Source: Fidelibacterota bacterium
GTDB lineage: Bacteria > Fidelibacterota > Marinisomatia > Marinisomatales > Marinisomataceae
NCBI GenBank assembly: GCA_965212055.1
Contig: OZ243041.1
Span: forward strand, 576,001 to 640,000
DNA: 64,000 nucleotides
Direction: 5' to 3'
Part shown: one piece after another, positions 50,091 to 59,729 of the stretch
How positions within the stretch are numbered: the stretch's first letter is position 1
Layout: every line of letters starts with the position of its first letter
Translations under genes and position numbers: made by a program
The notes under the pieces: generated by a model
What the model was told of the DNA's origin: nothing
The model's database searches: none
The model's input: the letters and a program-made list of their open reading frames with translations, nothing else

Positions 50091-50690
50091 CTAGTTATCT
50101 AATACTTCGCTTTTTGTTGTAATGCGAACTGTCATTTCAACTTTATCCAATGGATTATCATTTTGATCTCTATCAACATTCACAACTGAATCAATCACAT
50201 CTAACCCATCAATTACTTTCCCAAAAACGGTGTAATTATTATCAAGTAAATTTGCATTATCATGACAAATAAAAAACTGGCTAGATGCGCTGTTAGGATC
50301 GTTGGTACGTGCCATCGATAAAATACCTTTTACATGTGAAATTTCGTTGAATTCTTGAGGGATTAACCATGTATTTGAATCATTTTCATCTCCAATACCA
50401 AAAAACTTACCAGCTCTACCTCCAGTTCCATGCGTTGATCTATCTTCATTTTTTGAGTTTGGATCTCCTCCCTGAATCACAAAACCCGGGATAACACGAT
50501 GAAATGTAGTCCCATCAAAATATCCTTCATTTGCTAATACAGTAAAACTTTCAACATGCATTGGAGCCACATCTGGATAGAATTCTACCACCATATCTCC
50601 AAATTTTGTTGAAATTACTGCAACATTCTCTTCTTTTGCGCAACTCATAAATACACTCCCCAATATTAAAAAAGCAATTATTTTTTTCAT
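50091..50690 (-). CDS. Cyclophilin-type peptidylprolyl isomerase lipoprotein
   Basis: FHRVIPGFVIQGGD, LSMAR, SASSQFFI, YTVFGKV; lipobox FMSC. Confidence 0.95.
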   Translation of the reverse strand: MKKIIAFLILGSVFMSCAKEENVAVISTKFGDMVVEFYPDVAPMHVESFTVLANEGYFDGTTFHRVIPGFVIQGGDPNSKNEDRSTHGTGGRAGKFFGIGDENDSNTWLIPQEFNEISHVKGILSMARTNDPNSASSQFFICHDNANLLDNNYTVFGKVIDGLDVIDSVVNVDRDQNDNPLDKVEMTVRITTKSEVLDN

Positions 50691-51829
50691 TATTTAATCT
50701 TTAAGCTAATAACAGGATGTTTTCGAGGTGCAGAAATAGCATTTTGTACTTCAAATTCTAAAGAAAATGATTCCAATACTCCTTTTGTTAGTACTGATAA
50801 TTTGATAGTATCTTGGGCTGGAATTTCTACTAAATCGCTATTAGCAAAGAAATTAAAACTACTATTATTCTTTAATATAAAACGAACATCTGATTTATTC
50901 TTGATCCTTATATGAGCGGCATCTCTTTTATACTCCACAGACACAACTTCTAAACTTGCATAAATTAATGGCAATAACCATTCTTCTCTACCAATCAATG
51001 TATTCCTATTCCAAACAACGGTTTGCTTTTTAAATAAAGCTTTCTTTATTGCTTTCTCACTTTTTTCTTTGGCAAAAACCAATGTCACAGGACGGTGTCC
51101 CCCTTCTGAAATTTCATAATCCCAATCAACCAAACCATGAATATCTGAATTGCCAATAATAGTCAAATCGTAGTCTAAAGCTATTTGTAATGCTTCCTCA
51201 GAATATTCGAACTCATTTACTACCTCTATTCCATGTAAATACCCTTTGCTAAACAATGTCTTGTGCATTTCTATGATTTTCACATCTCCATACTGTTCTT
51301 GTCTCCAAGTAGGATGATTCCAAAAAACAAATGCTTTCTGTTTATTTGCTGCTTTAAAAGGTCTCATATCATCTTTTGGTACAATACCAGCAATTTCATC
51401 TGCACTATGTAACTTATTCGCATCTTCTAGAAAAATTGCATTGGCGTGTCCTAAAGGCATTCTTCTTGTTATTTCTGCTCCATTAATTACTAACAAATCA
51501 CTATTACTATATTTTGTTGCTAATTGGTAAGATCGATTGCGATCAAGATGTGGAATATCGTCAATATGTGGTTGATATTCTAAATGTTCTGTCACAGCTA
51601 AAACATCAATCTTATCTCGCTGAGCTTCCTCTACACGTATATCAGGCCAGACACTTCCATCTGAAAAAACGCTATGTGTGTGAAAATCACAGACTAAGGT
51701 CAGATGATTATCAAGATCTGGAAAGGTAATCTCTCGATTTGAAGATAGTTGCTGTGCGTGCAATACAGCACAGCAACTAATAATCAATAGGATATTTTTG
51801 CTATTATTCAGCAGAAATCTCTCTCGCAT
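50690..51829 (-). CDS. Exported PHP-domain phosphoesterase
   Basis: CDFHTHSVFSDG, VTEHLEY, GAEITR..GH, WNHP, NSDIH; exact start uncertain. Confidence 0.85.
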   Translation of the reverse strand: MRERFLLNNSKNILLIISCCAVLHAQQLSSNREITFPDLDNHLTLVCDFHTHSVFSDGSVWPDIRVEEAQRDKIDVLAVTEHLEYQPHIDDIPHLDRNRSYQLATKYSNSDLLVINGAEITRRMPLGHANAIFLEDANKLHSADEIAGIVPKDDMRPFKAANKQKAFVFWNHPTWRQEQYGDVKIIEMHKTLFSKGYLHGIEVVNEFEYSEEALQIALDYDLTIIGNSDIHGLVDWDYEISEGGHRPVTLVFAKEKSEKAIKKALFKKQTVVWNRNTLIGREEWLLPLIYASLEVVSVEYKRDAAHIRIKNKSDVRFILKNNSSFNFFANSDLVEIPAQDTIKLSVLTKGVLESFSLEFEVQNAISAPRKHPVISLKIK

Positions 51830-52793
51830 ATTGTTCAACACCACTAATTTTACCTTCAAGGTCAAAAAAGAATAATTCTACTAAATCTTTTTCCCATACT
51901 GTCCCATCTTTCATTACTCTTTTCTCTGTAGAATATACAGTAACTCCTGATTCTGGATCAGTATCATATATCTTAAGTGGAGTCATAGAAAACGGTGTCC
52001 ACTGTACAGACTCTAGACTATCAAAAATAGATTTCATATCTTCGCTAGTTCTTTGAGAAGTTCCGCCAGTCGCTGCTCTAAAAGTCCATTCATCTGCAAA
52101 ATACCCAGCAACAGCTTCTCCATCCATATTATTGTAATCAGCAAAAAACTGTTCTAGAATTTGCACTTCTCCCCTATTAGAAAAAACAAGTGGTCTACCT
52201 GAATATTCAGATTCAGTTCTTCCGAAATATTTCCCACCTACCGGTAATCCATGATCAGTACTTCCGTCCCATCGATGTGAATGCCATTGACTAAAACCGC
52301 TAATCTTTCCATCAGAATCATTCACAGCAAACACTTCCATCAAATCAATGGTTTCTTTAGAACCATTTTTCCATACTCTATCTTCAACAGACCAACTTAA
52401 AACAAGTGTTCTGTCATCTTCTTGCAATCTAACTGGAATTATAGCCCACGGGTTCATTGACAAGGTTTCCATTGATTCATGCCATTGTCTTGTTCCGTTT
52501 ACTCTAGCTTCTGTTTTAAAATCATCAGAATAATAAGAAAGTTCCTTATCAGAATCTTTAGCATTATAAGCTGCGACTGATTCTAGAACTAAGTTCATAG
52601 CATCATCGCTACCTAAAACATACGCATTACCTTTCAGTGTTTCATTCTTGGGATGTGTGCTTTCTGGATTGCCCGTGAATTTACCAGCAGAAGCTACATT
52701 ATCCAATTGCACCGGACCCGGATTAAGACATAATGTGGCCACTACAATCAAAGCAATCGTAATTAAAAGTATCAAATTATTATTTAGTTTCAT
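51804..52793 (-). CDS. Exported protein with tandem NTF2/SnoaL-like domains
   Basis: Internal repeat: AYNAKD..YSDD..DLMEVF..DGKISGFSQW and DYNNMD..FADE..DLVELF..EGKISGVEQY; GGAGG RBS. Confidence 0.7.
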   Translation of the reverse strand: MKLNNNLILLITIALIVVATLCLNPGPVQLDNVASAGKFTGNPESTHPKNETLKGNAYVLGSDDAMNLVLESVAAYNAKDSDKELSYYSDDFKTEARVNGTRQWHESMETLSMNPWAIIPVRLQEDDRTLVLSWSVEDRVWKNGSKETIDLMEVFAVNDSDGKISGFSQWHSHRWDGSTDHGLPVGGKYFGRTESEYSGRPLVFSNRGEVQILEQFFADYNNMDGEAVAGYFADEWTFRAATGGTSQRTSEDMKSIFDSLESVQWTPFSMTPLKIYDTDPESGVTVYSTEKRVMKDGTVWEKDLVELFFFDLEGKISGVEQYAREISAE

Positions 52794-52862
52794 CTATATC
52801 CTCCATTTCGTCTAACATTTTAAATAAAATATACCAAGATTGCACTAGGTAATATTTTAGAG

Positions 52863-52935
52863 TGGAGCCGATCGGGATCGAACCGACGACCTCATGAATG
52901 CCATCCACGCGCTCTCCCAACTGAGCTACGGCCCC
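52863..52935 (-). tRNA. tRNA-Ala(GGC)
   Basis: GGGGCCGTAGCTCAGTTGGGAGAGC..GGAT-GGC-ATTC..GGTTCGATCCC..GGCTCCA; G3:U70 pair. Confidence 0.95.
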
Positions 52936-52942
52936 AAATTGT

Positions 52943-53593
52943 TTATAAATTTAACTTTTCCCAGTCTTTGTTAAACTGGGCAATTCCTTGATCGGTTAAA
53001 TCATGGTTATACATCTCTTCAAAAATTGATGGTGGTAGTGTAACAATATCAGCTCCTGCTTTAAAAGATTCGCTCACATGATTAAGATTTCTAATTGAAG
53101 CAGAAAGTATTTCAGTTGAAATTCTCTTCGATTGATAAACCTTATTAATAGCTTCTAATAAACCAATTCCGTCAATATTATTGTCTTCACATCTTCCGAC
53201 AAATGGAGAAACATATGTGGCTCCTGCTTTTGCAGCTAAGATTGCCTGTTCAACAGAAAAAATTAATGTAACATTTACTGGAATACCCTTATCAGAAAGC
53301 ACTTTACATGCTTTTAATCCTTCAACGCTACAAGGAACTTTGATTGTAATATTTTTATTAATGGGATGATAGTCTTTTGCTTGTGATACCATCTCTTCTG
53401 CTGTATCACCTACTACTTCAGCACTAATACTTGCATGTTCTGAAAAAAGACTAGAAATCTCCTTAATAACTTCTACAGGATTTCTTCCTGCTTGCATCAT
53501 TAAAGTAGGATTTGTAGTTACACCATCAATCAGCCCTGTTTCACAGTGCTGACGAATAACATCTACGTCTGAAGTATCAAGAAAAATTTTCAT
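52943..53593 (-). CDS. Transaldolase / fructose-6-phosphate aldolase family
   Basis: MKIFLDT, GVTTNP, IKVP, VNVTLIFS, YVSPFVGR; probable start 53593. Confidence 0.92.
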   Translation of the reverse strand: MKIFLDTSDVDVIRQHCETGLIDGVTTNPTLMMQAGRNPVEVIKEISSLFSEHASISAEVVGDTAEEMVSQAKDYHPINKNITIKVPCSVEGLKACKVLSDKGIPVNVTLIFSVEQAILAAKAGATYVSPFVGRCEDNNIDGIGLLEAINKVYQSKRISTEILSASIRNLNHVSESFKAGADIVTLPPSIFEEMYNHDLTDQGIAQFNKDWEKLNL

Positions 53594-53648
53594 AATCCAA
53601 CAATTTAATAAAAATTTTTGTAAATACAATTTTTATGTAAATTGATTA

Positions 53649-53864
53649 GTGAAACGTTTCATCCCGCTTATGATATTGTTTTTTATTGCTTGCGAAGACA
53701 ATGAAAATCAAGATGACTGCATTGATGAGAGTTTAATCAATCCCGATGCAGTATGCCCTACAGTTTGGGATCCAGTCTGTGGATGCGACAATGTGACCTA
53801 TGGCAATGATTGTGAAGCACAAAAAAATGGAGTAACTTCATGGGTTAACGGAGAATGTGAGTAA
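53649..53864 (+). CDS. Kazal-type protease-inhibitor-domain lipoprotein
   Basis: Lipobox FIAC; CPTVWDPVCGCDNVTYGNDCEA..GEC. Confidence 0.85.
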   Translation: MKRFIPLMILFFIACEDNENQDDCIDESLINPDAVCPTVWDPVCGCDNVTYGNDCEAQKNGVTSWVNGECE

Positions 53865-54063
53865 TATTATGAACTTAAAATCATTTTTATTTTTAATTGC
53901 GATGATATTTTCAGCGGTATCATTAATTCATCTGGTAAGAATTGTACTAAACACCAATGTTATGATAGGCAGTTGGGCCATTCCTATCTGGATGAGCGTA
54001 GTTGTTGTGATTGTGGGAGCTATCATTGCTTGTAAATCATTCAAATTCAGTAAAAATAATTAG
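53857..54063 (+). CDS. Small two-TM membrane protein
   Basis: IFSAVSLIHLVRI..IGSWAIPIWMS. Confidence 0.7.
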   Translation: MSNIMNLKSFLFLIAMIFSAVSLIHLVRIVLNTNVMIGSWAIPIWMSVVVVIVGAIIACKSFKFSKNN

Positions 54064-54077
54064 CTTTAGGAGGAATC

Positions 54078-54450
54078 ATGAATAACGCTTTTCAAAAAAT
54101 TGCTTTGGGTTTAATTGTACTTGGTATAGGATCTTATTTTATTAGCGAGAGCAGAAGCCCTTACGGCATTCATCCCGTCTATCTTAGGACTTATTGTATA
54201 TGGATTTGTATTCTTAGCTGGAGAAATTTCCAAATCAACACAGACATTTTGCCCATGCAAACTTATTTCTTTTCGCAATGGGATGTATTGGAACCGGTAA
54301 ATCAGTTCCTAAGATTTTCTATTATCTATTTTGTGAAACACCCTTAGAGAATTTTGCTAAAAACCAATTGCAAAATTTACAGCATTTGTATTGTGTTTAG
54401 CAGCCATCATTTTAGGTGTAAAATCATTTGTTGATGCTCGGAAAAAATAA
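54078..54450 (+). pseudogene. Small membrane protein interrupted by several frameshifts
   Basis: AGGAGG RBS; TAFIPSILG, RHFAHANL and GVKSFVDARKK* fall in different frames; stop at 54448-54450. Confidence 0.6.
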
Positions 54451-54454
54451 TTTT

Positions 54455-54482
54455 TTACTTTTTACCAACTACTAGAGTCATA
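54455..54482 (+). promoter_or_regulatory. Putative ECF-sigma autoregulatory promoter
   Basis: TTACTT-N16-GTCATA ending 7 nt before the sigma ATG; resembles the sigmaE-type GAACTT-N16-GTC. Confidence 0.35.
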
Positions 54483-54489
54483 TAACTAA

Positions 54490-55020
54490 ATGCCAGCAAA
54501 AGATCACGATTTGATTAAACAGTTTAATCGCGGCAATCGTGAGGCTTTTAACAGATTGGTAAAAAGATATATGAACGATACCTACAACTATTATTATTCG
54601 ATTACACAAGATCCGTTAGACGCGGATGAATTAACACAACAAGTATTTGTACAGGTCTTTAAATCGTTAAAAAAGTTTAGGTATGAAGCTGCATTTTCAA
54701 CTTATTTATATCGTATTAAAGTCAACACATTAAATTCTTATTTTTCTAACAATAGATGGCGTTCATTTTTAGGCCTTGATCAAATGCCTGAATTAGAAAC
54801 AACTGATGAAGATTTTGACAAAAAAACATTGAGCGTTGAATTATGGAAAGCCATTGAACAGCTTCCAAAGAAACAACGTAGTGTTATTAGTTTGCGTATT
54901 ACAGATAATTTAAAGTTTAAAGAAGTGGGTGAAATTTTAAAAATTTCAGAAGATGCTGCAAAAAATAATTATAGTCATGGGATTAAATCGTTACAAAAAA
55001 TAATGGGTAAAAAGAGATGA
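54490..55020 (+). CDS. ECF RNA polymerase sigma factor
   Basis: AFNRLV.RY, DADELTQ.VF, FSTYLYRI, LPKKQR.V..LR, EVGEIL. Confidence 0.93.
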   Translation: MPAKDHDLIKQFNRGNREAFNRLVKRYMNDTYNYYYSITQDPLDADELTQQVFVQVFKSLKKFRYEAAFSTYLYRIKVNTLNSYFSNNRWRSFLGLDQMPELETTDEDFDKKTLSVELWKAIEQLPKKQRSVISLRITDNLKFKEVGEILKISEDAAKNNYSHGIKSLQKIMGKKR

Positions 55021-55313
55021 AAACAGAGAACCAACTAGAACAATTACATTACAAAAGCAATGCATCAATTGATTCCGATGCCTTTCTGACAAGATTAAAC
55101 AATAAAATTGATGAAACTGATTCAAATCGAGGACGCAATCAAGGTTTGATTCTCTCATCATTGGCAATTGTTTTAATGCTTTTTATGATGCCAATACAAG
55201 AAGATTTAGATGATTCTATGGAAATGTATGGTCAATACCTAAGTGACTATGGAACCGATACATATGAGATGATTGCATTATTATCTGAAAATGACTTAAC
55301 TTTCGAACAATAA
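55017..55313 (+). CDS. Putative anti-sigma factor (single TM)
   Basis: ATGA overlap with sigma gene; one TM segment. Confidence 0.6.
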   Translation: MKTENQLEQLHYKSNASIDSDAFLTRLNNKIDETDSNRGRNQGLILSSLAIVLMLFMMPIQEDLDDSMEMYGQYLSDYGTDTYEMIALLSENDLTFEQ

Positions 55314-55322
55314 AGGATAGAT

Positions 55323-55901
55323 ATGAGAAAAATACTAATAGCATCGTTACTAATTACTGGATTGTTTGCTCAGGATCGCGGTGAAAGACAGCGACCAGAA
55401 CAAAGAGGTCCAGAAGATCAGAAAAAACAAGAACAAAGAGATAATAGAAAACAAGTGTGGCTGGTAGCAACACAAACAGAGCACTTAAAATTAACTCCTG
55501 AACAAGCAGAAAAGTTTTTTCCATTACAACGCGAATACCACGCTAAAGTAGAAGAGCTTAAAAAAGGACATAGAACAAGATTATCAAGATTAAGAACAGC
55601 TGCTAAAGATGATCGTTCTAAATTTGACGCAGATGCTGCGTTGAAGGTGCAAATGTCTGTAAAAAGAGCAATGTTGGATGAACATGAAAAATTCTTAAAT
55701 AGTGCAAAAAATGTACTTGAAAAAGATCAATGGATGAAACTAATTTACTTTGAGGACACCATTAGAAAAAGAATGTCCGAAGGAGCAAAGAATAAACAAC
55801 AAGATATGAAAAAAATGAGACCAAACAACCACAGACCTGATTCTAAAAGTAAAAGCGGATGGCAACAACGTGGTCGTGGACCTATGAGAGGAACAAGATA
55901 A
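55323..55901 (+). CDS. Spy/CpxP-like periplasmic helical protein
   Basis: Signal peptide; LKLTPEQAEKFFP and VLEKDQ (LTxxQ-like) motifs. Confidence 0.7.
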   Translation: MRKILIASLLITGLFAQDRGERQRPEQRGPEDQKKQEQRDNRKQVWLVATQTEHLKLTPEQAEKFFPLQREYHAKVEELKKGHRTRLSRLRTAAKDDRSKFDADAALKVQMSVKRAMLDEHEKFLNSAKNVLEKDQWMKLIYFEDTIRKRMSEGAKNKQQDMKKMRPNNHRPDSKSKSGWQQRGRGPMRGTR

Positions 55902-56911
55902 TGAAAAAAATATTAAGCTTATTACTTATTGCTTTATTTATTGTCTCATGTGAAGACAATGGAATGAATTACTCACATGCAGATTACTTAAAGATGATGG
56001 CAGCAATTAACCTAGATGAAATGGTTGGTTTGGATGCAATAGACGATGATGGAGTACAAGATGAAGATTATGATGAAGTACTATATGATATGGACTTTAC
56101 ATCATCTAGAATAGATCCATTCCCTACCGATGGTTCTGCTGTCTTTAGATTTGGAAGAAAGGTTGAAGATAGAACAAGAGACGTACAATTTGATTGTACA
56201 GATTGTGATGTAGCAATTGCAACTATTACTGAAACCCATTCAGGAACGTTCTATGCGAAGGCATATAACAAAGAAACTAAAGAAGAAATTGATTCTTTTG
56301 AGAAGGCTTTCAGTGAAACTTTTGTAAAACAAGCACGACTTGAAAAGAGAGATAACGCTGAAAATCCTGATGGATATGTGTGGGGTATTACTGCCGTTAG
56401 CATTGGAATTGGTGGATCTGGATCAAAATTATCTGTTGATGAAGTACGAATTTATACTCCAATGGATTCTGACGAAGCAGCATATACCTTAAATGCGTCT
56501 GATACCAACTTAATAGATAGAGAAAATATGCCAAAACTTGCTATCGGAGAATCTTTCCGTGTTGAAGTAAGTGTTTCTAATAGCGATCCTATTTTAGACT
56601 TCAGAGGTGGCGAAGCAGTAAATCTACATATAGGAAAACACAAAAAACATAAAGCACGAAGAGGTCTTCGTGATGGGGTTCAAGCAGATGATGGAACAAT
56701 AACATATGATAATGTATTTGTTAGACATCTCAAAGTTCCTAGAGGTGCTGGTAGCAATTCAAAACATAGACGTCCATTAAAGATGCATTTTGGTGCTTTA
56801 GACTTTGGTACTATGTTAGATTCTGATGTGGATTACCACTCTTCAGTATTGGCTTTTCCATTCCATGTATACAATGAAGGAGATGATCCTCGCGGTACTC
56901 GTGGTGAATAA
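55901..56911 (+). CDS. Lipoprotein of unknown function
   Basis: MKKILSLLLIALFIVSC lipobox at 55901 (TAATG overlap). Confidence 0.75.
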   Translation: MKKILSLLLIALFIVSCEDNGMNYSHADYLKMMAAINLDEMVGLDAIDDDGVQDEDYDEVLYDMDFTSSRIDPFPTDGSAVFRFGRKVEDRTRDVQFDCTDCDVAIATITETHSGTFYAKAYNKETKEEIDSFEKAFSETFVKQARLEKRDNAENPDGYVWGITAVSIGIGGSGSKLSVDEVRIYTPMDSDEAAYTLNASDTNLIDRENMPKLAIGESFRVEVSVSNSDPILDFRGGEAVNLHIGKHKKHKARRGLRDGVQADDGTITYDNVFVRHLKVPRGAGSNSKHRRPLKMHFGALDFGTMLDSDVDYHSSVLAFPFHVYNEGDDPRGTRGE

Positions 56912-56930
56912 ATATAACTAAAGATTGAAT

Positions 56931-56960
56931 AAAAAAGGCTACTTCGGTAGCCTTTTTTTT
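56931..56960. terminator. Bidirectional rho-independent terminator
   Basis: AAAAAAGGCTAC-TTCG-GTAGCCTTTTTTTT between convergent genes. Confidence 0.93.
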
Positions 56961-57672
56961 AGTCTAAACTATTAACAATCTTTTTAAAACTCTGATTAAG
57001 ATCAGTAATCATAGATTCTGTGTAAGGATTAAATTTTTGAATATCTTCAAACAATTCCCAAGAATCATTACAGGTTTGATTAACTAATTTATGAAGTGCT
57101 TGATAACCAACGGTATCAATATTTGTTTTCTGAGTTCCAAAATCATTTATTACCCGTCCAATCAAGTGCGTAAGACCTTGTGATTTGGCTGCCATCATAT
57201 CATGCTGATCAGCAGTAATTTCTTCTATAATAATATTCTGACTTCCAAAATAAGATTTCCAAAAACCATATCGATCATGTTGATCTCGTACTTTTTCCAT
57301 CATCATTACTGAACCACGTTCTTGAAAAGAATCAGGTCCAAATAACGGATGGGTTGCAATAATATCAACTTCATCGGATAAATGTTCTATCATCATATTT
57401 TTTGGGTGTACTTTTACAGAACAAACATCAATAACTGTCTTGTTTCCTTGTATTTTTGTGGAAAGATCTTTCATTAATTCCTCAAAATCTCTTATAGGTA
57501 CTGCCAAAAAAATGGTATCATTTTTTAACACATCCTCCAAAGAAACAAAACGAACTGATTCGGTTTCATTATTAGAATCAATATCGAATACGTCTACTTC
57601 AAACCCTTTTTGCAATAATTCGTATAATAAATTCCCAAAACGTCCAAAACCAATAATGCTAACCTTATTCAT
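56959..57672 (-). CDS. tyrA: Prephenate/arogenate dehydrogenase
   Basis: IIGFGRFG, DVCSVK, THPLFGP, HD.M.A.SQGLTH. Confidence 0.88.
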   Translation of the reverse strand: MNKVSIIGFGRFGNLLYELLQKGFEVDVFDIDSNNETESVRFVSLEDVLKNDTIFLAVPIRDFEELMKDLSTKIQGNKTVIDVCSVKVHPKNMMIEHLSDEVDIIATHPLFGPDSFQERGSVMMMEKVRDQHDRYGFWKSYFGSQNIIIEEITADQHDMMAAKSQGLTHLIGRVINDFGTQKTNIDTVGYQALHKLVNQTCNDSWELFEDIQKFNPYTESMITDLNQSFKKIVNSLD

Positions 57673-58240
57673 CCCCATCCAACCTTTCTACTGCAAGAAA
57701 TAACGTTAAATTTTTCTTTAAATCATGAATATCATGTTCAATGATGTTTAATCCGTACTTTTCTGCACATTGTTTGCTTGCAATTACTGCAACATTATCT
57801 GACAATTTATCCAAAGAAAGATCTTGAGCAGACTTTGCAGTATCATCTGTTTCAACAAGTTTTTTGGACCAAAACTTCTCGGCAAGATAATCTTTACATT
57901 GTTTTAGTGCTTGTTCATGAGAATGCACCTCTTCAATTTCTCCAAGGGATATATTCTCTTTTGCCATAAGATTTTGGCTAATTTCTATATAAAACATATC
58001 AATGATTTTACATTTATTCTCTGCCAATGCTTCTACGCTTTCTATTACAACGCCCCCTTGCGCATTTTCCATCGCAAAAATACCTACATCAATGGTATTA
58101 TCGCTTATGCCATTTAGTACATTCATTGAGCTTACTAAATACGCTAATTCAAAATCATTTATATCAAATTTATCGCAATAAAATTTTGCTGCTTGTTCAC
58201 TAAAACTCCCCTCTAATCCTTGAATACCTACCTTTTTCAT
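57665..58240 (-). CDS. pheA: Prephenate dehydratase (catalytic domain only)
   Basis: QG..GSFSE.AA, MEN..GG.V, SH.QAL.QC, DTA.SA, N.T.F. Confidence 0.85.
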   Translation of the reverse strand: MKKVGIQGLEGSFSEQAAKFYCDKFDINDFELAYLVSSMNVLNGISDNTIDVGIFAMENAQGGVVIESVEALAENKCKIIDMFYIEISQNLMAKENISLGEIEEVHSHEQALKQCKDYLAEKFWSKKLVETDDTAKSAQDLSLDKLSDNVAVIASKQCAEKYGLNIIEHDIHDLKKNLTLFLAVERLDGDE

Positions 58241-58665
58241 TTTGTCTCCAATATATGCTTAATTGCTGTTATGTATCCTTGTTTTCCCTCACCAACAACT
58301 TGGGCCAAACAAACACTTTTTATAACTGAAATTTTTCTAAAATTTTCACGATTATGAATATCAGACAAGTGGATCTCAACAGCTTTCATATTTGTACCAG
58401 CAATTGCATCCCTAAGCGCATAAGAATAATGTGTTAATGCTCCAGGATTAATCACCAGATGATTGACTTCTTTTCTCTTAGAATGAAGAAAATCAATAAT
58501 TGCTCCTTCAGAATTCGATTGAAAGAATTCTAAATCGAGATTCTGACAAATATCGTGATTTTTAATCCAATCATTAATCTCATCTAAGGTATCAGAACCA
58601 TAGATCTCTGGTTCTCTTTCACCTAACAGATTTAAATTGGGTCCATTTACTATAATTATCTTCAT
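58237..58665 (-). CDS. aroQ: Type II 3-dehydroquinate dehydratase
   Basis: NGPNLNLLGEREPEIYG, QSNSEG, INPGALTHYS, EIHLS. Confidence 0.97.
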   Translation of the reverse strand: MKIIIVNGPNLNLLGEREPEIYGSDTLDEINDWIKNHDICQNLDLEFFQSNSEGAIIDFLHSKRKEVNHLVINPGALTHYSYALRDAIAGTNMKAVEIHLSDIHNRENFRKISVIKSVCLAQVVGEGKQGYITAIKHILETK

Positions 58666-59729
58666 AAGACACTTAAGCTTTCTTTAATATTGTCCAATGT
58701 TATTTCTTTGCTAATTGTTGCATTTCCAATTTGGGAAATTAAAACAAATCTTATTTGAGATTCTTTGAATTTTTTATCTCTTTTAACAAAATCAATAAGT
58801 CTACTTTCATCTTCAATCGCTAACGAAGGTAATGCAAATAAAGAAAGAGCATCAACGGCTTTGGTATAATCAGATCCATTTAGATTATCCATCTTATTGG
58901 ATAAATAAAGTGCACATTGCATTCCATATACAATGGCTTCTCCATGCAATAGCTTTTTATAGTCAAAATATGCTTCGATTGCATGTCCAACTGTATGACC
59001 AAAATTTAAAATCATTCTTAATTTATTTTCATTCACATCCTGACTAACTACTTCGCCTTTAATCTCACAAGATCTAAGAATAATTTTCTCAAGCATTGTA
59101 TGATCTTTTAATGCAAGGATATCATGGAAATTGTTAACAAGATAATCAAATAAATCTCTATCATAAATCAAACCATACTTGATTGCTTCTGCTAACGACG
59201 CATTAAGCTCTCTTTTAGGCAATGTATTTAAAAAAGATATATCAATAATGACTTCCTTTGGCTGGTGGATTCTTCCAATTAGATTTTTCCCATTTTTCAG
59301 ATTTACACCCGTTTTTCCTCCAATAGCTGAATCAATCATCGCTAGCAAAGTTGTCGGAAATTGAATATGACTAATTCCTCTCATAAAAATTGATGCAACA
59401 AACCCTGAAACATCACCAACTACTCCTCCGCCTACTGCAAAGATAGTGGAAGAACGATCGTATCCCAAGCTTGACATTTTATCACAGATTGTAATTGCTG
59501 TATCAATAGATTTTGCATCCTCCCCTTCACCAATAAAATGAACATCAATCCCTAGAGATTCTAGTGCGGAAAATTTGTCTTCAAAGGCATTATAAATAGT
59601 CTCTTGTGTGATAAGAATACATTTAGAATCGGATTCTTCAACTTTGCTTTTGATAGAGTCTACAAAGCTATTTCCAATACTAATATTGTAACTATCTTTT
59701 CCTAAATCAACTTTTACCATTTTATCCAT
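58662..59729 (-). CDS. aroB: 3-dehydroquinate synthase
   Basis: GGGVVGD, PTTLLAMIDSAIGGKTGVN, LNFGHT.GHAIE, LHGEA. Confidence 0.97.
   Translation of the reverse strand: MDKMVKVDLGKDSYNISIGNSFVDSIKSKVEESDSKCILITQETIYNAFEDKFSALESLGIDVHFIGEGEDAKSIDTAITICDKMSSLGYDRSSTIFAVGGGVVGDVSGFVASIFMRGISHIQFPTTLLAMIDSAIGGKTGVNLKNGKNLIGRIHQPKEVIIDISFLNTLPKRELNASLAEAIKYGLIYDRDLFDYLVNNFHDILALKDHTMLEKIILRSCEIKGEVVSQDVNENKLRMILNFGHTVGHAIEAYFDYKKLLHGEAIVYGMQCALYLSNKMDNLNGSDYTKAVDALSLFALPSLAIEDESRLIDFVKRDKKFKESQIRFVLISQIGNATISKEITLDNIKESLSVL

Noticed and set aside
13454..52935. tRNAs lacking encoded CCA treated as pseudogenes
   Set aside because: All three fold normally; CCA is commonly added post-transcriptionally
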